From Eubacteriales bacterium (lineage in GTDB: Bacteria; Bacillota; Clostridia; Oscillospirales; CAG-272), in contig JAZNAM010000025.1 in NCBI GenBank assembly GCA_045586515.1, positions 1 through 53,271 of the forward strand: a DNA stretch of 53,271 nt. The letters are read 5' to 3'. A program made the translations under genes and the position numbers. Below are positions 9,670 through 17,176 of the stretch, piece after piece. The first letter of the stretch is position 1. Every line of letters begins with the position of its first letter. The notes beneath the pieces were generated by a model that saw only the letters and a program-made list of their open reading frames with translations, searched no databases and was not told the DNA's origin.

Positions 9670-10554
9670 TTAAATATGATTGATGAGGGTAGTGATACAT
9701 CCCATGACGAAGCCGATCGGGATGCCGAGCCAAATGAGTGCGTTGAGCTCTTTTTTCATAACGGTAAGCACGAGGTTTTCGAGATCGCGGGGTTCCATGG
9801 CGCGAATTTTCTCCTCTACAATGCGTTCAATGTGGAAATGATCGACCACGGCATCCGCATATTCGTTTACAAGACTTCGGTAAAAGCCAACAATCACCGT
9901 TTCAAATTTTTCAGGGTTTTTTACAAGCTCACGCACGGGCTTGTCTTCAATCGTGCCAAGCTGCTCGGCAAGCGTTTGGCGCAGTTTTTCGCGTCCTTCC
10001 GTTTGCAGGTAGGCGGTCACTTTATCCGCAATGGGGGCGGTGAGCTGAGAGATCATTTGATCCGACACAAACATGCGCACCAAGGGGTTGGCGGCGGCGT
10101 AGCCGGATACGGCGACGGATGCTTCGCGCGAGATGACACCGCCGATGTCTACAGCAAGGATGCCATCAAGAATTTTGTCCGTTGCAAGATCAAGCGCTTT
10201 GTCGCGGCTTCGCTCGTATTTTCCGTCACCGAGCACGCGCGTGCCGATGGACTGTACGGAGGGGAGAGAGAGCACAGATTGTGCGACCGTGCGCGAAACG
10301 CCGTTGGAGCAAAGCGTGCGTTTCAGATCTTCCTTGCGCACGAGCGACTCGCTGATGGTGTTGCCGAGCGCGCGGGCGAGCGCCTCTTGGCGGCGCGGGA
10401 TCACGCCGGGCGTAAAGGGTACGTGCCACTTACCGATATAGAGTGCCTTGCGTGGCAAAAACAGCATCTTTACAGCGATCCAGTTAGTAAAAAGACCGAT
10501 AATGGCACCGATAATGGGGCCAGATGCGATTTTGAGAATGGTGATCCAATCCAT
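9670..10554 (-). CDS. DUF445-family membrane-associated protein
   Basis: MDWITILKIASGPIIGAIIGLFTNWIAVKMLF..C-terminal TM helix. GGAGGTGG RBS before the ATG at 10554. Confidence 0.8.
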   Translation of the reverse strand: MDWITILKIASGPIIGAIIGLFTNWIAVKMLFLPRKALYIGKWHVPFTPGVIPRRQEALARALGNTISESLVRKEDLKRTLCSNGVSRTVAQSVLSLPSVQSIGTRVLGDGKYERSRDKALDLATDKILDGILAVDIGGVISREASVAVSGYAAANPLVRMFVSDQMISQLTAPIADKVTAYLQTEGREKLRQTLAEQLGTIEDKPVRELVKNPEKFETVIVGFYRSLVNEYADAVVDHFHIERIVEEKIRAMEPRDLENLVLTVMKKELNALIWLGIPIGFVMGCITTLINHI

Positions 10555-10643
10555 TTGTCCACCTCCGTTCAAACAGTATATTTATTATATCACACAGGGC
10601 GCGCAATTGCAATATGCGTTTGATCACTTTTGGGCGTTTGCCC

Positions 10644-10673
10644 TTGACGCGATGCTGCTTTAACTGGTATAAT
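10644..10673 (+). promoter_or_regulatory. sigma-A-type promoter of the radical SAM operon
   Basis: TTGACG, an 18-nt spacer, then TGgTATAAT (extended -10). Confidence 0.6.
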
Positions 10674-10704
10674 AAAAGAAAATGAAGCGGAAAGGAGTGC
10701 GCAA

Positions 10705-12138
10705 ATGAAAACGGTAGTATTCGGCATTAATGGCACGTGGGCGCACTCCTCGCTTTCTGTGCGTTGTTTGCGAACGGCGCTTCGCGAAGCGTCGCTGTCT
10801 TGTGAAGTGATTGAGGGCACACTGCAAGATCGCACTTTGACGCTTCTCTCCCGTCTTTACGAGGCAGATGCCGATCTTTACGCGTTCTCTTGCTATATTT
10901 GGAACGTGGAGGAAATGTTGGAAATTGCTTCGTCGCTTCACGCGTTGCGTCCAAACACGCACATACTGTTCGGCGGACCGGAGGTTTCCTTTGACAGCGA
11001 GCGATTCTTGTCCCTACCCTTTGTTGATCACGTGATTGCAGGCGAGGGTGAGGTTGCCATCGCGTCTCTTGTGCGCGCGCTTGCGCGCGGTGAAGAAGCG
11101 CCTCGGTTTATCGTTGGAGAAAATGATCCTTCTTTTACCGAGCGCGGCATACAATACGACAAAAACGAGCCCATTCCTGCGCTTGTGTACTATGAAAGTA
11201 CGCGCGGTTGCCCTTTTTCCTGCGCGTTTTGTCTCTCCTCTGCAACCCACGGCGTGCGCGCCAAAACGGCAGAGCGCACGCTCGCAGACTTGGCGGCGTT
11301 TGAGGAGTTTGAAGGGCGTTTTACGGTTAAACTTGTTGACCGCACCTTTAATTTTGACCGCGAGCGTGCCAAAACGATATGGCGCGGACTGCTTTCGGAG
11401 CGCTACACCAAATGCTATCACTTTGAAATTGCCGCCGATTTGCTTGACGAGGAGAGCTATGACATTCTTTCCCGTTTCCCCGAGGGGAAAATTCGTCTGG
11501 AAATCGGTTTGCAGAGTACCAACCCTGAAACGCTTGCCGCCGTGTCGCGTCACGCGAATGCGGATAAGGTGCTTGCCGCTTCGCACCGACTGGTGCAATC
11601 CGGCGGAGCACACGTACATCTGGATTTGATTGCAGGCTTGCCACACGAGGATCTTGCAAGCTTTGCGCGCTCTTTTGACGCGGCGCACAACGCTTGTCAC
11701 GTGCTACAGCTTGGTTTTTTGAAGTTTTTGCACGGCACAAGATTGCGCGAGGATGCCGCCTCGTTTGGCGCGGTGTTCGAGCAGGCACCCCCTTACACGG
11801 TGCTTTGTACCGATTGCCTGTCGTTTGAGGACGTGGTGCTTTTGCACGCTGTGTCGGATTTGATGGAACGCTTGCGCGATAGTGGGCGCTTTACCCGTTC
11901 GCTTGATTTGGTTCTATCGCACGTAGCATCCCCCTTCGCGTTTTATCGTGATTTTTCGCACTATCTTACGGCGCAAACAGGCAAAGTTTTACAACGCATA
12001 TCACAGCGCGACCTGTTCTCGCTGTTTGCAACGTTTGCCAAAGAACGGATCCCCGAAAGGGAGCATCCTTCGCTTTCTCGCGCGATGCGCGAGGATTTCA
12101 CCGCAAGCGAAGCAAGAAGACCCCCTAAGGGGATATAA
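10705..12138 (+). CDS. B12-binding-domain radical SAM protein (DUF4080-type C-terminus)
   Basis: N-terminal Rossmann/B12-like domain, then YYESTRGCPFSCAFCLSS (CxxxCxxC). Confidence 0.85.
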   Translation: MKTVVFGINGTWAHSSLSVRCLRTALREASLSCEVIEGTLQDRTLTLLSRLYEADADLYAFSCYIWNVEEMLEIASSLHALRPNTHILFGGPEVSFDSERFLSLPFVDHVIAGEGEVAIASLVRALARGEEAPRFIVGENDPSFTERGIQYDKNEPIPALVYYESTRGCPFSCAFCLSSATHGVRAKTAERTLADLAAFEEFEGRFTVKLVDRTFNFDRERAKTIWRGLLSERYTKCYHFEIAADLLDEESYDILSRFPEGKIRLEIGLQSTNPETLAAVSRHANADKVLAASHRLVQSGGAHVHLDLIAGLPHEDLASFARSFDAAHNACHVLQLGFLKFLHGTRLREDAASFGAVFEQAPPYTVLCTDCLSFEDVVLLHAVSDLMERLRDSGRFTRSLDLVLSHVASPFAFYRDFSHYLTAQTGKVLQRISQRDLFSLFATFAKERIPEREHPSLSRAMREDFTASEARRPPKGI

Positions 12139-12152
12139 GAAAGGATCATACT

Positions 12153-12869
12153 ATGAGTTGCATTTTGATTTCCGGCGGCTCTCGCGGTATCGGCGCCGCG
12201 CTTGTAAAAGCGTTTGCAAAGAACGGGCATCGTATTGCCTTCCTTTATTGCAACAGCACAGAGGACGCCGCGCGTGTGGCGGCAGAAAGCAGTGCGTTGG
12301 CGATCCGCTGTGACGTTTCCGACCCTGCTGACGTAGCGTGCGCGGTGGAGGAGGCGAGAGCCGCCCTTGGCACCATTGACGCACTTATTAACAATGCAGG
12401 TGTTTGTGCAATCGGGCTATCGCGCGATCTTGGCGACGCGGAGTGGCGCCGTGTAATCGACACGAATCTGTCGGGTGCTATGTATCTTTGCCGTGCCGTG
12501 CAAGCAGATATGATTCGAAACGGCGAGGGACGCATTGTGAATATCGGCTCAATGTGGGGAAAAATCGGGGCATCTTGTGAGGTGGCGTATTCTGCTTCCA
12601 AGGCGGGTTTGCGCGGACTCACCATGGCGCTTGCCAAGGAGCTTGGCCCTTCGCACATTACGGTGAACTGCGTAGAACCGGGACTGATTGACACGGAGAT
12701 GAACGCGGCGCTCGACGCAAATACGCGCGTAGCGCTTGTCGAGGAAACGCCACTTTGCCGAATAGGTACACCTGCGGATGTTGTGGCGGCAGTTGAGTTT
12801 TTCCTCTCCGACGCGGCATCCTTCGTGACGGGGCAGTGCCTCGGTGTGGACGGTGGCTTTGCCATTTGA
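12153..12869 (+). CDS. SDR-family oxidoreductase (FabG-like)
   Basis: ISGGSRGIG..NNAG..YSASK..GVDGG are classical SDR motifs. Confidence 0.88.
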   Translation: MSCILISGGSRGIGAALVKAFAKNGHRIAFLYCNSTEDAARVAAESSALAIRCDVSDPADVACAVEEARAALGTIDALINNAGVCAIGLSRDLGDAEWRRVIDTNLSGAMYLCRAVQADMIRNGEGRIVNIGSMWGKIGASCEVAYSASKAGLRGLTMALAKELGPSHITVNCVEPGLIDTEMNAALDANTRVALVEETPLCRIGTPADVVAAVEFFLSDAASFVTGQCLGVDGGFAI

Positions 12870-12888
12870 TAGAGAAAGGAGCAAAACG

Positions 12889-14880
12889 GTGGCGGAAAAC
12901 GCATTTTTGCCCATCACGCGTGCGGATATGGAAGCGCGCGGCTGGGACGCACCTGATTTCGTATATGTAACGGGCGACGCTTACGTGGATCACCCATCCT
13001 TTGGCGTGGCGATCATTTCGCGTGTGTTGGAGGCGGCAGGGTATCGTGTGGCGATTCTTTCTCAACCCGATTATAAAAGTGCCGACGCATTCCGCACATT
13101 CGGACGCCCTCGGCTTGGCTTCCTCGTGACTGCGGGCAACATTGACTCGATGGTGGCGCATTATACCGCCGCGCGTCGTCGTCGCTCGCGTGACTACTAT
13201 TCCCCCGGCGGTGTGATGGGCAAGCGTCCTGATCGCGCTGTGATCGTGTATTGCAACCGCATCCGCGAGGCGTACGGCGACGTACCGATCATTGTCGGCG
13301 GTCTTGAAGCGTCGCTTCGCCGCTTCGCGCATTACGACTACTGGGAGGATCGCGTGCGCCGCTCGGTGCTTGTGGACGCGCGCGCCGATATCCTTACCTA
13401 TGGTATGGGAGAGAACATTCTTGTCCGCATCGCAAAGTTGCTGGATAAGGGTGTCCCCGTGAAAAAGATCCGCGACGTGCGCGGAACGGTATTCCTTGCC
13501 GCGCGTGGCGATACGGTGCATTATCCCGTTGCAGCGGAGTTCGATTTCAATCGTCTGAAAACCGATAAAAAGTATTATGCTGCGGCGTTTGGCGAGCAGT
13601 ATCGTAACCAAGACGCCATCAGCGGCGGTGCGCTGATTGAGTATTATGACGACAAAATGCTGGTACAAAATCCGCCCATGCCCCCCTTGGAGCGTGAGGA
13701 GTTAGACCGCGTTTACGCACTGCCTTACTGCCGCACCTATCATCCTTCCTATGAAAAGGAGGGCGGCGTGCCTGCCATTGAAGAGGTGCAGTTTTCCGTC
13801 ACGCATAACCGCGGTTGCTTTGGTGCGTGCAATTTCTGTGCGCTGGCGTTCCACCAGGGGCGCACCGTGCGTTCTCGCAGTATTGAGAGCGTTGTGGAGG
13901 AAGCGCGCAAGATCACTGAGATGCCTAATTTCAAGGGCTATATTCACGACGTAGGCGGCCCCACCGCCAACTTCCGTTATCCTGCGTGCGACAAACAGCT
14001 CAAAAGCGGCGTGTGCACGCATCGCAAGTGCCTGGCACCCAAACCTTGTCCCAATCTCAAGGTGGATCACAGCGAGTACGTAAAGTTGCTCTGCGAGATT
14101 GAGGCGTTGCCGCGCGTGAAGAAGGTGTTTATCCGTTCGGGTATTCGCTTTGATTATCTCATGGCTGATCCAGATGAAACATTTTTCAAAAAGCTCGTGC
14201 GCGATCACGTCAGCGGTCAGCTCAAGGTCGCCCCCGAGCATTGCTCCGACCGTGTGCTTGACGCGATGGGTAAGCCGCACTTTGAGGTATATGAACGCTT
14301 CCGTCACCGCTATTTTGAGCTCACCAAGAGCATGGGCAAGGAGCAGTATCTCGTGCCCTATCTCATGTCAAGCCATCCCGGCTCCGAACTGGCGGATGCG
14401 GTTACACTCGCAGAATGTTTAAAGCGTGACCATTACGCACCCGAGCAGGTGCAGGATTACTATCCGACACCGGGCACTGCGTCCACGGTGATGTATTACA
14501 CGGGCATCAATCCGCTTACAATGAAGCGTGTTTTTGTGCCGACCGACGCTGGGGAAAAGCGCTTGCAGCGCGCATTGTTGCAGTGCAACCGACCCGAAAA
14601 CGCACCGCTTGTGCGTGAAGCACTTCGTCGTGCGGGCCGAGAGGATCTGATTGGTTTCGCGCCGACGTGCTTGGTTCGTCCCGAGGGCGGGGCGAAAAAG
14701 CCTTACACGGCGCAAAGCACAGCAAAACGCGGCGAGAAAAAGGGCGGTGCGCCCACAAAAGGTGCACGCGACGCCAAAGGGCGTCCCGCCAAGAGTGCAG
14801 GAAGCACCCCGCGCAGCAAGCATAGCGAAGCGCGAGGAAAGGCGCCCACACGTGGCAAAGCCACAGGGAAAAAGAAATAA
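12889..14880 (+). CDS. ygiQ: YgiQ-family (UPF0313) radical SAM protein with a Lys/Arg-rich C-terminal tail
   Basis: FLPITRADMEARGWDAPDFVYVTGDAYVDHPSFG..THNRGCFGACNFCAL. GTG at 12889 follows AAAGGAG. Confidence 0.88.
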   Translation: MAENAFLPITRADMEARGWDAPDFVYVTGDAYVDHPSFGVAIISRVLEAAGYRVAILSQPDYKSADAFRTFGRPRLGFLVTAGNIDSMVAHYTAARRRRSRDYYSPGGVMGKRPDRAVIVYCNRIREAYGDVPIIVGGLEASLRRFAHYDYWEDRVRRSVLVDARADILTYGMGENILVRIAKLLDKGVPVKKIRDVRGTVFLAARGDTVHYPVAAEFDFNRLKTDKKYYAAAFGEQYRNQDAISGGALIEYYDDKMLVQNPPMPPLEREELDRVYALPYCRTYHPSYEKEGGVPAIEEVQFSVTHNRGCFGACNFCALAFHQGRTVRSRSIESVVEEARKITEMPNFKGYIHDVGGPTANFRYPACDKQLKSGVCTHRKCLAPKPCPNLKVDHSEYVKLLCEIEALPRVKKVFIRSGIRFDYLMADPDETFFKKLVRDHVSGQLKVAPEHCSDRVLDAMGKPHFEVYERFRHRYFELTKSMGKEQYLVPYLMSSHPGSELADAVTLAECLKRDHYAPEQVQDYYPTPGTASTVMYYTGINPLTMKRVFVPTDAGEKRLQRALLQCNRPENAPLVREALRRAGREDLIGFAPTCLVRPEGGAKKPYTAQSTAKRGEKKGGAPTKGARDAKGRPAKSAGSTPRSKHSEARGKAPTRGKATGKKK

Positions 14881-14910
14881 AAAAAGGCGGACAAGCGTCC
14901 GCCTTTTTTT
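14881..14910 (+). terminator. intrinsic terminator
   Basis: GGCGGAC-AAGC-GTCCGCC followed by T7. Confidence 0.85.
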
Positions 14911-14981
14911 CGTTGCGAGGCATATTCGGTGTGTGCTCACCATATAGTGGGGTGAGACCAAATCCCAAAGGAGGTAGGAAG

Positions 14982-15563
14982 ATGGATACTCAATTCGATA
15001 TGCAAGAGGCACTGCCCGCACCCGAAAAGCGGAAATGGCACATGCCCAAATTCAATCGCCGCACGGTGGCGATCGCGTGTGCGGTATTGCTCGTTGCAGT
15101 GGCGATTGTGCTCAATTTCGCACTGTTTGGCGGAAATAGCGTGACCGATGACCCCGCAACGGGTACGGGAGATAATGTGGTGGATAACAGCCAAAACGAT
15201 ACTGCCACCGACGTGGACGCATATTTCTCGGCAACGCAAGTCAGTCGTCAGCGTGCACGCGATGAGGCGCTTGAGGTGTTGCAGGGTGTAGTGGACAGCG
15301 AGGATGCAGACGAGGCAACCAAAACGAACGCACTCATGGAGATCTCTGAACTTGCGCGCGCGATGGAGGCTGAGGCAAACATCGAAACGCTTGTCGTTGG
15401 CAAGGGCTTTGCACAGTGTGTAGCCGTGATCAATGGGGACACCTGCTCGGTCGTTGTCAAAAACGAGGGGACGCTCACGCCTTCCCAGATCTCGCAGATC
15501 AACGAGATCGTTTATGAGCAGGCAGGCATCTCGCCCGTGAACATTCGCATTGTGACAAAATAA
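14982..15563 (+). CDS. SpoIIIAH-like family protein
   Basis: N-terminal TM helix, then YFSATQVSRQRARDEALEVLQ..ANIETLVVGKGF..CVAVIN are typical SpoIIIAH/YscJ-fold motifs. AAAGGAGG RBS. Confidence 0.75.
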   Translation: MDTQFDMQEALPAPEKRKWHMPKFNRRTVAIACAVLLVAVAIVLNFALFGGNSVTDDPATGTGDNVVDNSQNDTATDVDAYFSATQVSRQRARDEALEVLQGVVDSEDADEATKTNALMEISELARAMEAEANIETLVVGKGFAQCVAVINGDTCSVVVKNEGTLTPSQISQINEIVYEQAGISPVNIRIVTK

Positions 15564-15571
15564 ATATGCAA

Positions 15572-15604
15572 AACTGGCAGAGAACACTTGTTCTCTGCCA
15601 GTTG
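15572..15604. terminator. hairpin between convergent genes (T-run only on the minus side)
   Basis: AACTGGCAGAGAAC-ACTT-GTTCTCTGCCAGTT. Confidence 0.65.
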
Positions 15605-15607
15605 CCG

Positions 15608-15847
15608 TTATATCAATTCGTCGATGGATACGCCAAAAATCTGCGCAAAGGCATTGAGCTCAATATCAGTTACAAAGCGTTTGCCGCATTCAATTCGTTG
15701 AATGGCATTTTTGTCTACATCAATGCCGATGAGCTGCATTTTGTCTGCGAGTGCTCGCTGGGAAAGCTTAGACGGATAACACAAACGAAGTTCGCGGATT
15801 TTCTCGCCGCAAAGATTGTTTTTGCCGCCGTTTTTGTTTTTGAACAT
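15608..15847 (-). CDS. XRE-family helix-turn-helix transcriptional regulator
   Basis: GEKIRELRLCYPSKLSQRALADKMQ..IQRIECGKR. AAGGAG precedes the ATG at 15847. Confidence 0.85.
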   Translation of the reverse strand: MFKNKNGGKNNLCGEKIRELRLCYPSKLSQRALADKMQLIGIDVDKNAIQRIECGKRFVTDIELNAFAQIFGVSIDELI

Positions 15848-15876
15848 ATATCGCTCTCCTTTTTGACATTCAGTGA

Positions 15877-15905
15877 TTGACAAATTTATTATAATGTGTT
15901 ACAAT
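15877..15905 (+). promoter_or_regulatory. candidate promoter of the AbrB-like gene
   Basis: TTGACA, a 17-nt spacer, then TGtTACAAT. Confidence 0.5.
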
Positions 15906-15964
15906 CGCCATATTGACATTCACAAGATGTCGTTTGGGGTAATAGGATCAATAAAGGAGCAAAA

Positions 15965-16159
15965 ATGGGAAACGAAACGCAAATTGGCGTCATAAAAGAA
16001 ATTGATGCGCTTGGCAGAATTGTTATTCCAAAGGAATATGGAGAGCGGTTAGGCCTTGAAAAGCGGGTGGAGATTGTGTTAAGAAAAGACGGTGTGTTGA
16101 TCAGAAATTCAGAATATGAGCTTATCAGTAACGCAAAAAACAAACAAAAGCACTTGTGA
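15965..16159 (+). CDS. AbrB/MazE/SpoVT-family DNA-binding protein
   Basis: IDALGRIVIPKEYGERLGL matches the swapped-hairpin SpoVT-AbrB motif. 64 aa, AAAGGAG RBS. Confidence 0.85.
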   Translation: MGNETQIGVIKEIDALGRIVIPKEYGERLGLEKRVEIVLRKDGVLIRNSEYELISNAKNKQKHL

Positions 16160-16185
16160 GAGCTTTCCACAAGTGCCTTTGTTGT
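16150..16185 (+). terminator. intrinsic terminator
   Basis: GCACTTGTG..CACAAGTGC followed by CTTTGTTG. Confidence 0.6.
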
Positions 16186-16198
16186 CTGTGATGACGGT

Positions 16199-16597
16199 TC
16201 ATTTCCAAAAAAGCAAAAGCAACAGCAACGGTAGGATATCGTCGTCGGAGTCGTTTAGCAAGAGCAGGATCACGGCGCCCACAAGGATCCATTGCATGAT
16301 GTCGTTTTCCCCCTCGTGACCCTTGCGCGCAGGCGGGAGGAATGAGGAGAGCAAGGGGGAATTGGTCAGGAAGGAAAATAGCGATCCCTTTCCCTTGCCG
16401 GTGCCACACGATGGACGTTGTGGAGAGAAGGCAGGGGCCGCTTCGGCAGGGGATTCCTGTGGCGCGGAGGGTTCCGTTTCGACTTGCTCGACTTCTGCTT
16501 GTTCTATTGCTGGTTGAGGGGAGAACGCGGTGCCTGCGTAGTCACGCGGCAGTTGGACGGCAGGCGCGCCATCCTCAGACGTCGGTTGAATGTACAT
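16199..16597 (-). CDS. hypothetical small protein: Pro/Glu-rich N-terminal half, hydrophobic C-terminal segment interrupted by DSDDD
   Basis: 132-aa ORF, third in an overlapping three-gene set. No family recognised. Confidence 0.5.
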   Translation of the reverse strand: MYIQPTSEDGAPAVQLPRDYAGTAFSPQPAIEQAEVEQVETEPSAPQESPAEAAPAFSPQRPSCGTGKGKGSLFSFLTNSPLLSSFLPPARKGHEGENDIMQWILVGAVILLLLNDSDDDILPLLLLLLFWK

Positions 16598-16865
16598 ACA
16601 GACCTCCTATCGCGCGGATTGCTTCCTTGGTGCGCCACATGCGCAACAGGTAATCCACGGCGTCACACCGCTCTTTCGAAAGATAGGGTTTGAGGGCACA
16701 AAGCAGCGCTTCTCGTTTGGCACACGGATCGCTTACCTCGGCGTTCGTGTTTTCCGATGGGCGCATCAGCGCCTTCATCATCGGTGCCGCGGCACCGATT
16801 CCGTTCAAAAGTGCAGAGAACTCCTCGTCCGGCAGTCCCGCGCCGCCGTCGCGCTCCTCGCTCAT
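16575..16865 (-). CDS. hypothetical small protein
   Basis: 96-aa ORF whose start overlaps the upstream stop (ATGA). No family recognised. Confidence 0.5.
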   Translation of the reverse strand: MSEERDGGAGLPDEEFSALLNGIGAAAPMMKALMRPSENTNAEVSDPCAKREALLCALKPYLSKERCDAVDYLLRMWRTKEAIRAIGGLYVHSTDV

Positions 16866-17080
16866 CTGCTGCCTCCGCGTTGCAGCTGCTCCGCGAGTTT
16901 TACAAGATCCTCGTCGGTTGCGTTTGCGATTGCGCGGCGCAAGGCGGGCATATCTCCCTCGCGCACGTGGAATGCGGAGAGGTCAAGGCCGTATTCCGTT
17001 GCCAGTTTTTCCATGACAGCGCGCAGTTGTGCGTCGTTCATGGCGAGTAGTTTGTTTAAGGTTTTTCGGTCAAGTTTCAT
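16862..17080 (-). CDS. hypothetical small helical protein
   Basis: 72 aa starting at the ATG at 17080, preceded by AAAGGAG. No family recognised. Confidence 0.55.
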   Translation of the reverse strand: MKLDRKTLNKLLAMNDAQLRAVMEKLATEYGLDLSAFHVREGDMPALRRAIANATDEDLVKLAEQLQRGGSR

Positions 17081-17134
17081 GGCGCTCACTCCTTTCTCGT
17101 TGCCAGTATATGGCACGTGTGAGTATAGCGACAC

Positions 17135-17170
17135 ACAAAAAAGCACCCAGCGCGTGTGCGTTGGGTGCTT
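17135..17170 (-). terminator. intrinsic terminator after ftsH
   Basis: Minus strand has a GCACCCA..TGGGTGC stem followed by T6. Confidence 0.7.
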
Positions 17171-17176
17171 TGGTGT

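Noticed and set aside
9376-10623. Long antisense ORFs of 300-580 aa opposite well-recognised genes. This one lies opposite glyA/DUF445. Others are 26165-27292 (nusA), 28422-30107 and 30177-31412 (infB), 35647-37086 (ricT), 47264-48994 (nucleotidyltransferase/comM) and 49868-50842 (alaX).
   Set aside because: Each mirrors a gene with unmistakable family motifs on the other strand. Their translations are Arg/Ala/Gly/His-rich low-complexity sequence with no recognisable domains and no RBS. This is typical shadow-ORF behaviour in moderately GC-rich DNA.
15608-16159. The XRE and AbrB/MazE-fold pair as a toxin-antitoxin module.
   Set aside because: No toxin-sized ORF (MazF, PIN, RelE, HipA and so on) is adjacent. 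The two genes are divergent rather than co-transcribed, and the AbrB-like gene is followed directly by a terminator.
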